Shown here piece after piece: positions 36,175 through 45,134 of a DNA stretch of 64,000 bases. The position numbers and the translations under genes were made by a program. Source of the DNA: an uncultured virus (IMG/VR IMGVR_UViG_3300035162_000505) (Duplodnaviria; Heunggongvirae; Uroviricota; Caudoviricetes); IMG/VR virus record IMGVR_UViG_3300035162_000505; one strand, written 5' to 3'. Each line of letters begins with the position of its first letter. The first letter of the stretch is position 1. Below the pieces are notes generated by a model that saw only the letters and a program-made list of their open reading frames with translations, had not been told where the DNA came from and did not search any database.

Positions 36175-39129
36175 TTAACTATATGAGCCAGTACTTATTG
36201 TAGTAGTACCTTGTGAACTTATTTCTGTTGTGCCATCTGGCAATAGTGAAGAGTTGGATTGTGAAGCATATGATTTATCCACTATTCTTTTGTTTGTCCA
36301 ATGATCTCCATCTGGAGTTAATTCGGCTGTACCCACACTCTGTGGAAGATCAAACTGATTGACTGATATCACACCAGTAGCTTCTGTTTGTCCAAAGTCT
36401 GATACAACCTCTGTATATTTAGGCCAAATGTTATTGCCCTTTATTACACAAGTATCTAAAGATAAATCTGAGTCATATGATAGACTAACAGACTTATTGA
36501 AAAATAGTGGCATAAGTTCATTAGCATCATTGTGAATGGTTGCCCTATAATCGTCATCATACCATGCAGTTTGACGCACATCACTGAAGTTATCTCCTGT
36601 GATACCTTCTGTCTGTCTAATAAATGTAGCATTGGTTGGATCGTAGACTTCTAATGAAGCAAGCTCTGCTTCCATTAATGTTAAAGCAGAAAGTCTTTCA
36701 ACGTTGTTAAGTCTGTTTTCCATTTGACGTAGATCTTGCATTTTAAATCCACGATTATCGTAACGAGATGCGCTTAAGTCTTCTTCGTTAAAAGTAAAAG
36801 GATTTAATGCTATATCATAGAGGCGCATATCTCTTGAGTTTATACCCGTAGGTTCATTCATACTATAAGAGGGTTTCCCCTTATGATAGTTTAATGTCCC
36901 TGAAGGAGACAGTGTTAATATGTCTCTTCTAGGCAACCAATACTTAACAGTTCCCACATTAATAGTAGATTGACTTTTAGGAAGATCTTCTATACGAGCA
37001 ATACCACCTGAGAAAGTTGAGTTTGCAGGATTTTGTAAAGATCTCATATCTATTACATCTGCTAGGTGATGTGTTTCACCCTGAGTTGTAGTATATTTTG
37101 GTATCTCACTAAAGGTAACATCACTATAAGAAGCGGCTCCACCAAAGTAGCCTGTTGCTGATGGTGTGTCATGCTGAAAGTATTTGTATTGAACTGTAAC
37201 ATTTCCAGCGGGTGCTGAAACACCAGACTTTAGTTTACCTGATCCGGGGCCATAGTAGTTATCTCTTTGACCATTATCTAAAACAAACTTATAGGTTATG
37301 TCTTCACTAGTTGTTGCGTCTGTTACTTTATAGAACCTAAAGATATCTGCTTTGGCGAGTGTAAATACTCCACTACTTAATGATATGGTTTCTGATTCCC
37401 AAGATGATGCGGCAGTGCTTGGCTTTAGAGATTTATTCTTACGTGTCAGAGTTTTATTCTGATAAGCAATGACATGACCATTACCAGTTGCTGGTCCAGA
37501 AATTGTGGCCTGAGTGTTACCACTATTTAAAGATACTGTGGGTGTAGATAATGCTCCACCAGTATTTACTTGATATAACCAATCGGCTGTTTCTGTAAAC
37601 GTATCAGTTCCAGCATTAATAACTACAGTGCTTCCTGTCTTATTGACTGTATATACAGTGCCTATAACAGCGGTCACAGTGCTTATCTCTTGTACTCTTG
37701 AACTAGGTAACTCAAATAACAGATCGTTTTGTTCTCTATTATAAACATCATATCTGTTTTGAATGGATTTTAAGTTCGCATAGTTGTTCGCATCGACACC
37801 GATACTTCTGATATCACCTGTGCTAAATGCTGTGTTAGTTATCTTGATATCAAATATATTAATACGGAAGTTTGTTTGTATAAGTTGTATGCCACGCACA
37901 CGTGCGGTTCCGAAGTTAGTGCCAGCCCTATCTTTTGCGCTATATAGGTTAACTTCTGTAAAGTCTTCAACGTAACCTACTAGACCGAAAGCACTATCAG
38001 CCTGAACGAAGTTACCTAAATTAGTTCCTACTTTCTCAGTAGTTCTAGTCAGCAAATCATTAGTAAGACTTCTGGGCTTTTGCACTCTAAGTGGTAGATT
38101 GAAATCTCTTTCAATACGAGAACCATTAACAAATGCTGTGCCACTAGAGACTTTAAACTGTAAGAAATCGTTGTCGCTATCTTTTATGATATTTAAATCA
38201 AACTCACCTGTTACTCTTTGTTCAATAAAATCTCCTGACTGAGAATATGTTCTAGCATCAATAATGCTACCTATTTTAGATAGGATCTTATCAGGAGTTC
38301 TTGTTAAAGATACAGCACCATTACGAACCTTGTATACTTCGTAGAAAGTATCACTTGATGTAATATCAGCCTTAGTAGTCAAAGTCAAAGTTATTCGTAG
38401 ACGATCCGCACCGGGGGATGTTAGGTTGGGTGTTGATCCTGAGTTGTCAAAGAGTGCTACATTATCAGCGGTAGTTACAATCTCTTCTACTACTTTAAAT
38501 CCAACAGTTCCTGAAAATACGGCACTATACTTTGAAAGAACTAAAGTCTGTGCTTCGACCATAACCAAATGTTGTCCAGCAAATGTATCGAACTGTGGTA
38601 TCTCTACAATAGAAGACTTGCCCACAGCATCGTTTGCCGCTAGGATAGTCACATTACCCAAAGTCGTAGTAAGAGTTGAGCCTGAACTGAATGGTTTTGA
38701 CACTGAAGTATTGGTTGCTGTAGAAGAACCTCCAGCTTTACCTTTAGTCATTTTTACAAATAGTGTTGCGGGATCAGAACCAGTTGCCGCTACTACTTCT
38801 TTAACAACAGCAAACAAATCACCATCGTTTATTTCTGTGCCTTTTAACTGTGCAAATCCTGATGGAAGAGAACTAACTTTTAAGTATGTGTATGAAAATG
38901 CATTGACGCCAGAAGCCAGATTACCACTGTTGTTGAAAATAGCACCTTCGTTGACGATGAACTTCGCAAGTCTACTAAGCTCTTGCTGAACTATGGTTTG
39001 AGATTGGGTTAGTTCACGTGCTTGTAGTGCTCTGCCGTTATTAAACAATATACGATGGTAATGATCACTATCTCTATAGTCATCATTGTACTCGCTTAAA
39101 AATGTTGTACTAGTAAGATTAGTAGCCAT
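36175..39129 (-). CDS. VrlC/DUF4815-like virion protein, N-terminal part
   Basis: YNDDY...YHRILFN.GRALQARELTQSQT, PGADRL, ARTYSQSGDF, DNGQRDNYY, YWLPRRD, NRGFKMQDL..MENRL. Confidence 0.82.
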   Translation of the reverse strand: MATNLTSTTFLSEYNDDYRDSDHYHRILFNNGRALQARELTQSQTIVQQELSRLAKFIVNEGAIFNNSGNLASGVNAFSYTYLKVSSLPSGFAQLKGTEINDGDLFAVVKEVVAATGSDPATLFVKMTKGKAGGSSTATNTSVSKPFSSGSTLTTTLGNVTILAANDAVGKSSIVEIPQFDTFAGQHLVMVEAQTLVLSKYSAVFSGTVGFKVVEEIVTTADNVALFDNSGSTPNLTSPGADRLRITLTLTTKADITSSDTFYEVYKVRNGAVSLTRTPDKILSKIGSIIDARTYSQSGDFIEQRVTGEFDLNIIKDSDNDFLQFKVSSGTAFVNGSRIERDFNLPLRVQKPRSLTNDLLTRTTEKVGTNLGNFVQADSAFGLVGYVEDFTEVNLYSAKDRAGTNFGTARVRGIQLIQTNFRINIFDIKITNTAFSTGDIRSIGVDANNYANLKSIQNRYDVYNREQNDLLFELPSSRVQEISTVTAVIGTVYTVNKTGSTVVINAGTDTFTETADWLYQVNTGGALSTPTVSLNSGNTQATISGPATGNGHVIAYQNKTLTRKNKSLKPSTAASSWESETISLSSGVFTLAKADIFRFYKVTDATTSEDITYKFVLDNGQRDNYYGPGSGKLKSGVSAPAGNVTVQYKYFQHDTPSATGYFGGAASYSDVTFSEIPKYTTTQGETHHLADVIDMRSLQNPANSTFSGGIARIEDLPKSQSTINVGTVKYWLPRRDILTLSPSGTLNYHKGKPSYSMNEPTGINSRDMRLYDIALNPFTFNEEDLSASRYDNRGFKMQDLRQMENRLNNVERLSALTLMEAELASLEVYDPTNATFIRQTEGITGDNFSDVRQTAWYDDDYRATIHNDANELMPLFFNKSVSLSYDSDLSLDTCVIKGNNIWPKYTEVVSDFGQTEATGVISVNQFDLPQSVGTAELTPDGDHWTNKRIVDKSYASQSNSSLLPDGTTEISSQGTTTISTGSYS

Positions 39130-39138
39130 GGTTTACCC

Positions 39139-40545
39139 TTAAAGTTTAATAACGATTTTAATATCTTCAGTTTGATTAGCGTCTCTAGCAATCTTTGCTT
39201 GATTATTTAGGAACAATAATTCACCAGAGTGTATGTCTATCTGTCTAGCAACTCTGCTACCAACAGTGAAAGATCCTGATTTGCCTGAGATTGTTATGGT
39301 TTCAGCATCTCTGAATGGAGTAAATCCTGTGGTCTCATCTTGGTGATACCATAGTGTTGCAGAGTCATCAAAGTAGTCAATCCATGCTTTGGCATTACTA
39401 TCACCATTGATTGTAACATCATCAGCCCAAGATAGACCCCCTGCGATAGCAGAAGTCAATACAAGTTGCTTAACGGCTCTTCCTTGTGATAGTTGGAACT
39501 TAGTTCCACTAGCAGAATCTTTTAGATTTTTAAGTAGACCAACTTGACGATATTCGTTGTCAACAACGAATGTTCCACTAACATTACCTTCAGGCTTAAT
39601 GTTAAACATCATGTTAGTTGATCTCAAGTCTGAACGTGCATCTGCGCCCATACCGCCGGGGTTGGCAAATATTGGGAATACTTCCGCTGTAACTCCTGAG
39701 GTTAAACTTGTTGCCGCAACTCTAACAGAGGCTTGATTGTAGCCAGTGCCTAAAGCAGGGATGAATGGTGTTCCACCAACACTACCTACGCCAGCACTAT
39801 CGCCTACTTCAACTGCCGCCAACTTACCTGTGGCATCAAGAATACCATGGGCTTTTGCGCCACTACCGTCACCAACAACAGTGAGTATCGGTGCCGCCGA
39901 ATACACTCCAGTGTTAGGTGCTACACGATATCCTATTACCTGACCATCAACAGCCGCATTTTGTACAGACTTTTGTGCGAAGTTAGGATCAGTTACAGCC
40001 GCTGAGTCAACAAACTTAACAGGCATGAAGTTAGAAGTCAAGAACCTATTTGAATCGGCAGTAGTAATCGTATACATATATTTCCAGATATACCCATCAC
40101 TTTCTATTGGAAGAGATGTATTAGTATGATCTGGCACAAACTGTGATACTACAGCCGCTCCGAAACTATTTTTACCTTGACGAATACAAACATATATGTT
40201 ATTGTCAGAGGTTCTTACATAGTATGAAGGAGTTGGTTGTCCAACAATGTTATCATTGAAGGCTGGATAAACTGTATTAGTTGTCCAATCAGTCAAAGGT
40301 ACTACAAAAGAAAATGCTTCGACTGCTTTTACTGATTGAAGATTATATCTAAACTGTTTACGATCTCTTTCGGTATTGGTTGGGATCACTGTAGTATCAG
40401 TATTAGCAGATGGTTGCCAGATCTGAGAATGACCAATCCCAATGTAGAAATAGTTATCAGAGTCACCACGACTTGTACCTTGGTTCTCATCAAATATTTG
40501 CTGTGCAAACTGTCTTTTTAATCTGTCTGTAATAATTGCTGGCAT
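39139..40545 (-). CDS. gp8: Baseplate wedge protein gp8
   Basis: MPAIIT, YIGIG, IYVCI, DGYIWKYMYTI, NEYRQVGLLKN, QTEDIKIVI. Confidence 0.88.
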   Translation of the reverse strand: MPAIITDRLKRQFAQQIFDENQGTSRGDSDNYFYIGIGHSQIWQPSANTDTTVIPTNTERDRKQFRYNLQSVKAVEAFSFVVPLTDWTTNTVYPAFNDNIVGQPTPSYYVRTSDNNIYVCIRQGKNSFGAAVVSQFVPDHTNTSLPIESDGYIWKYMYTITTADSNRFLTSNFMPVKFVDSAAVTDPNFAQKSVQNAAVDGQVIGYRVAPNTGVYSAAPILTVVGDGSGAKAHGILDATGKLAAVEVGDSAGVGSVGGTPFIPALGTGYNQASVRVAATSLTSGVTAEVFPIFANPGGMGADARSDLRSTNMMFNIKPEGNVSGTFVVDNEYRQVGLLKNLKDSASGTKFQLSQGRAVKQLVLTSAIAGGLSWADDVTINGDSNAKAWIDYFDDSATLWYHQDETTGFTPFRDAETITISGKSGSFTVGSRVARQIDIHSGELLFLNNQAKIARDANQTEDIKIVIKL

Positions 40546-40555
40546 TGTCTATTTC

Positions 40556-41557
40556 CTATACGACTGCATATCCAAAACCACCGATAATATTCCAACCGTT
40601 GGTTCCGTCCCAAATGAGTTGTGCTGTATCTAGTGGATCAAAGTTAATACTTGTTCCTTGAGCAAAGGTTGCTGGTGTTACTGATACTGTACCTGAACCA
40701 CCACCACGTCTTGCAAATGTCTTCATTTCACCATTGAGTGTGCCATCAGCTAATGTAACTGTGCCTGAAGAAGATCCTGTTAGAGATATAAATCCAGCAC
40801 TTACTGAAGCCGCCGCACTATTTGCCGCTGTAGCATAACTAACAGCCGCTTTACTTATCTTAACAGATCCAGTTCCCTTAGAAGTTAGATCTAAGTTTAG
40901 ATTAGCATCTGAACCTATGGCTTCTATAACAGGTGATGTTCCAGTCGCTTTAGAAGACACTTTAACATTATTTCTAGAAGGTGTAAAAGTGTTCGTAAAG
41001 GATATGACTGCATTACTAGAAGAATCGGTTAAGTACTCATGAACTTTAGGTCTTTGCACAACAGGATCTGTCAACGTTTTATTTGTTAATGTTGCTGATG
41101 TATTATTCATAACCATAGTATCACTTGCAGATAGTGCTGGTAATGTTATATTACGATTTGCACTCAATGCTCCAGCAACAAAAGTATATCTGTGACTAGA
41201 GTCTGCATCCCACAATCTCATATCATGTAGTGATGGATTATTGAGTTGTGGGTTAGTTAGTGTCTTATTACTCATAGTTTGTATAGCGGTGTCAACCAAT
41301 ACTATACCAGAAGAATCTCCGAAATCTATATTGATTTCAGAGGCAGGGTTAACGGCTCCAAGCTTAGTACGTCCACCAGCACTTATAATGTCCATTCCAC
41401 TATCAGTAAGTTGTGATGTTCCAGCACTAATGGTAGATCCACCTAAAAGATTATACAGTTCTGTGAAGTTGGCATTAATCTTTGTACCAGCACCACGTAA
41501 TGTATCACCCGTCCTGTCATTTGCAGATGTACCCGTATTGATTGTCTGTTTTGCCAT
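40556..41557 (-). CDS. Baseplate/fibre connector with a gp9/gp10-type N-terminus
   Basis: MAKQTINTGTSANDRTGDTLR.AG.KINANFTELY motif; TLTNKTL repeats. Confidence 0.8.
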   Translation of the reverse strand: MAKQTINTGTSANDRTGDTLRGAGTKINANFTELYNLLGGSTISAGTSQLTDSGMDIISAGGRTKLGAVNPASEINIDFGDSSGIVLVDTAIQTMSNKTLTNPQLNNPSLHDMRLWDADSSHRYTFVAGALSANRNITLPALSASDTMVMNNTSATLTNKTLTDPVVQRPKVHEYLTDSSSNAVISFTNTFTPSRNNVKVSSKATGTSPVIEAIGSDANLNLDLTSKGTGSVKISKAAVSYATAANSAAASVSAGFISLTGSSSGTVTLADGTLNGEMKTFARRGGGSGTVSVTPATFAQGTSINFDPLDTAQLIWDGTNGWNIIGGFGYAVV

Positions 41558-41582
41558 AACTTACTCTCTAGCTAGTTTATTA

Positions 41583-41590
41583 TATTTATA
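41583..41590 (-). promoter_or_regulatory. T4 late promoter
   Basis: TATAAATA upstream of the 333-aa gene. Confidence 0.75.
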
Positions 41591-42650
41591 CGTGATTAAA
41601 GGGGTAATGTGCTGAATCTGCACTATTATCTGAGTCAAATAGTGTTGAGAACTTACCCATATCCATAGTTGATTGTATTGTAATAACACCATCTGAATCT
41701 TGATCCATAGTTGGAGACCCTGATGCAAGACCTGAGTCACTCATGAACGTTCCTGAAAGACCAAGAATATCATAAGTGCTTCTCTCAGGCATAGATGAAT
41801 CTAATGTGCGAGTTCCGATATCTCTAAACTCATTGCCAGTTGCGAAACGTCTGATGCCCAAAGCACTATCTTGTAGAAGAAGTGTCTGAGAGGTTTCAGC
41901 ACCTATCGACATAGTAGCAAATGTCTCTGAACTTACCGCCTCTGCTATCGGATCACCAATCTCATCTTGAGCAATAGAAAGACCAACAGTGTTTACAAGT
42001 TCAAGTAAAAGTTCCGCACCAAGATACACACCCGCTGGATGCACAAATAACTTGTAGGTATCAATCCATTCGTTAAGAGGCAGACCTATTCTAATAAGAA
42101 CTGACATAACTTGATATAGTTTATCATCTGTAATGAACTTACGTGACTCAGGACCAATGACTGATGCTGGTTCTTTTATCTGTTGACTACCCGTATTAAT
42201 ACTATCTTGTTCATAATCAATCGAAGGACCGACTTTGAATATATCGTTTTTAGGATATATGATTTGAGGATCTTGTGCAAAGAACCCTCTAAAGAATTGT
42301 TCGATACTATACTTAGTACCTTTAGATCTATAAAGAGTATTTGAAAACTTAATGGCTTCTCTTTTATTAAGGAACCCACCAAAGTATGCCTGACCTAAAA
42401 GAAGTTCATCTTCAAGGTATTGTAGTAAACTTTCTGGAACCTGTGTAGCATCTCTGGAAGAAGATAACCTTTTAATCTGCCCAGAAGGATTATCGGCAGA
42501 ATCCATAAACTCATAGTAAGCTTCAAACAAACTTTTTAGTTTAGGAAAATCTTCCTGAAAGTATTCTGGCAATACTTTATCGATCTCACTATTTAAGAGA
42601 TTTATATTAGTACGATTATTATCCAGTAATGTTTGATCTCTTTTAGCCAT
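41586..42650 (-). CDS. gp7: Baseplate wedge protein, gp7-like (short)
   Basis: LPEYFQEDFP, YYEFM, LYRSKGT.YSIEQFFR, FVHPAG; follows g6. Confidence 0.72.
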   Translation of the reverse strand: MAKRDQTLLDNNRTNINLLNSEIDKVLPEYFQEDFPKLKSLFEAYYEFMDSADNPSGQIKRLSSSRDATQVPESLLQYLEDELLLGQAYFGGFLNKREAIKFSNTLYRSKGTKYSIEQFFRGFFAQDPQIIYPKNDIFKVGPSIDYEQDSINTGSQQIKEPASVIGPESRKFITDDKLYQVMSVLIRIGLPLNEWIDTYKLFVHPAGVYLGAELLLELVNTVGLSIAQDEIGDPIAEAVSSETFATMSIGAETSQTLLLQDSALGIRRFATGNEFRDIGTRTLDSSMPERSTYDILGLSGTFMSDSGLASGSPTMDQDSDGVITIQSTMDMGKFSTLFDSDNSADSAHYPFNHV

Positions 42651-44656
42651 TAGTTAATTGCACTTACTGTTACAGCGGTTGTTGTTGATCTATCTGTATC
42701 GAAGTTTAATATCTCGTTTCGTGTTGGTGCCAGAGCACTTTGATTAGAAGGAACTGCCGCTAATTTAATAAATGTTAATCCAGCGGATATACTTGTAGGA
42801 TTAAAATAGTTTATTGAGACTACACCTGTTGAGGCGATATAGTTTCCTATATTATCTACTAGTATTGCCCCACCAGCAATAGCCACAATCTGAATAATAT
42901 TCGAACTTAGTTTATTTCTAAGCATACACGTTTGACTTTGGAATGTAAATTCATTACTTGTAATAATATATTCGTTATCATCAGGTGCCGCAATCGATAC
43001 TGGAAACTGTAACTGTTGATTAATAGAAACTTTGGCGGCTGATAGTTTTGACTTAATGTATGTAGTGTTTTCACCACTAAGATCGTTTAACACCATATAG
43101 TTTGCCGCATCATTATATCTTTGACTGACAACAAAGTCAACTATTTTATTAAGATCAATATCAGATGTTGTAAGAGGATTTGAAAGCAACTTGTTTATAA
43201 CACTAATCAAAGTCGGTGCTGTAGGTGTGAATCTTTGTTGCAGTCTAACATTCGATCTTGATGAGAGAACAGCGGGAGAAGATTCGTCTACAAGAGATAG
43301 GACATTCGATCTTCTGAATGCCTGTTTAAAGTTACCAGTATTTGTAGCAAAGTATTCCGAAATAATAGTATTAATAGAATCTTGTACAGCATTTAAAGTT
43401 AAGTCTGTAAGTTTTGGGTTGAACTGAAAGAACGTATCCATTTCAACAAATGTTTGAACAGGATCTATAAACCTAATATTAAAAGATACGATAGACAGTT
43501 GTGTGGCTAGATCTCGTATTGCCTGTTTTGTTGTGGCAATAGTTTCTGTGGTAACATCACTCTCAAACAATATTGATATGTATACAGCACCAAACTCAGG
43601 ATCTACCGCAACTTCTCCACCCCATGAAGCAATGTCTTGGATGAGAGTAGAATAACTCTGAAGTATAAGTGATGAGTAATCTTCTGCCGTGACCATACGG
43701 TTTTGAGTAGCATATCTGAAAGGCGCATTCTTACGAATAGATTCTATGCTTTCTTTCTCTTCACCACCAATAGAGTTCACATATGTCACAACATTAATAT
43801 CAGAAGTTATGTTTCCTGATGTGAACTGTGCTGAAGGAACAAACACACTAGCACCATTAGCAACAGCACCTTTTACTGATAGGTATTCAACTTCAATACG
43901 ATTACCAGCACTAGGAGCAACACCGAATGTTACACCATCACCAAAAGATAGTTCGAAGTATCCGTTAGGAGATTCTTTTAGAATATAGATTGTTGAGTTG
44001 GCGCTAAGAGTGGTGGCACTTTTAATGTTCTGATATGTTACAAAGTCTGTTGACGTAGCACTCGTAAATACTTTTATCGTAACAGTATCTGCATCAGCCG
44101 TTCCATCTGGAATAACATAAACAGGGTTATCTTCGTATTCTCCAACTAGGAATGTTTTTGTTTTCAGTGTACCTTCGAAGATTGGAATACGATTTGATCC
44201 AGCGTTTGTTTTAAACTCATAGAAACCTGTGCCATCATCTGTAGCAGAAAAGTTTTCTACATTCTGGAAGCTGTATGTCGCATCATCTACACTTGAAGTG
44301 AATTTGGTGTATGCTGGTAGAATAATAGTTTGCTCACGGGCAACAGCGGTTGAGTTCAAAGTAAGTCTAACCTTTGCCTGAGACGATGTATCAGTGTCTG
44401 GTACATACCCTATACCTTCTGATAGGGAAACAACTGAACTTCTTAACTGTGCAGTCGGAAGGTATGATTCATTAAGAGCGAAGTTTGCTATAAGAGCATT
44501 GAGATGTGTGTTGTAGGCTAGAACATCAAGGATGTTTGAAAGACCTGATGCCTCAAAGTTATAATCTTTAAACTCATCTTTATTAGCAAGATAATCTTTT
44601 AGATTACTCTTGATATTGTTAAAGTCTAAGGCTGATGATTTAATCGTTGTTGCCAT
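42650..44656 (-). CDS. gp6: Baseplate wedge protein gp6
   Basis: LDFNNIKSNL, DYNFEASGL..LDVLAYNTH, FGDG, QNRMVTAEDY, WGGE. Confidence 0.95.
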   Translation of the reverse strand: MATTIKSSALDFNNIKSNLKDYLANKDEFKDYNFEASGLSNILDVLAYNTHLNALIANFALNESYLPTAQLRSSVVSLSEGIGYVPDTDTSSQAKVRLTLNSTAVAREQTIILPAYTKFTSSVDDATYSFQNVENFSATDDGTGFYEFKTNAGSNRIPIFEGTLKTKTFLVGEYEDNPVYVIPDGTADADTVTIKVFTSATSTDFVTYQNIKSATTLSANSTIYILKESPNGYFELSFGDGVTFGVAPSAGNRIEVEYLSVKGAVANGASVFVPSAQFTSGNITSDINVVTYVNSIGGEEKESIESIRKNAPFRYATQNRMVTAEDYSSLILQSYSTLIQDIASWGGEVAVDPEFGAVYISILFESDVTTETIATTKQAIRDLATQLSIVSFNIRFIDPVQTFVEMDTFFQFNPKLTDLTLNAVQDSINTIISEYFATNTGNFKQAFRRSNVLSLVDESSPAVLSSRSNVRLQQRFTPTAPTLISVINKLLSNPLTTSDIDLNKIVDFVVSQRYNDAANYMVLNDLSGENTTYIKSKLSAAKVSINQQLQFPVSIAAPDDNEYIITSNEFTFQSQTCMLRNKLSSNIIQIVAIAGGAILVDNIGNYIASTGVVSINYFNPTSISAGLTFIKLAAVPSNQSALAPTRNEILNFDTDRSTTTAVTVSAIN

Positions 44657-44657
44657 G

Positions 44658-45104
44658 TTATCTTAACCTTGATAGGGAAGTCGTGAACGTCACAACTTCT
44701 TCTGTGTTTACAATTTGAAACTCTATTGTTATTGATATAGAGTTTCTTTCTTCTTGATAATTTACATCAATAGCCCTAATAATTGCTCTTGGTTCATAAG
44801 CATTTATAGCTCTGACTATATTTTCACGTGCATCATCTTCAATATCGTCATCGGCTAATTCGAATAGTAGTGCTCTTATATTTCCACCAAAGAAAGGCTC
44901 GAATGGCTTCTCAAAGAAGTTAGTCATAACAAGATTTTTTACTGACTGCTTAACAGCCGCCGCTTCTTTCTTAGTGAATATTTCGCCATTAGGTTTAGCA
45001 GTAAAGGATAAATCAATATCTTTATACTCAGTCTTCCTACTTACTATTAAAGCAGACTTACTAAGATTGCCATCCTCTTTTGATAATACTCTATTGGTTG
45101 CCAT
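44658..45104 (-). CDS. gp25: Baseplate wedge protein gp25
   Basis: YKDIDLSF, AVKQSVKNL, EKPFEP.FG..I..LLFE, YEPR. Confidence 0.93.
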   Translation of the reverse strand: MATNRVLSKEDGNLSKSALIVSRKTEYKDIDLSFTAKPNGEIFTKKEAAAVKQSVKNLVMTNFFEKPFEPFFGGNIRALLFELADDDIEDDARENIVRAINAYEPRAIIRAIDVNYQEERNSISITIEFQIVNTEEVVTFTTSLSRLR

Positions 45105-45126
45105 AAGTTCTTCTCTATTTTACCTT

Positions 45127-45134
45127 TATTTATA
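45127..45134 (-). promoter_or_regulatory. T4 late promoter for g25-g6
   Basis: TATAAATAAAGGTAA. Confidence 0.8.

Noticed and set aside
35340..36175. Pseudogene or frameshift explanation for the split VrlC-like gene
   Set aside because: Junctions have proper SD/ATG or TAATG coupling and all three ORFs are intact.
38426..38989. 187-aa plus-strand ORF and the many similar 60-135 aa ORFs opposite structural genes
   Set aside because: Antisense shadows of real genes arising from codon bias; no SD, promoter or recognisable motifs.
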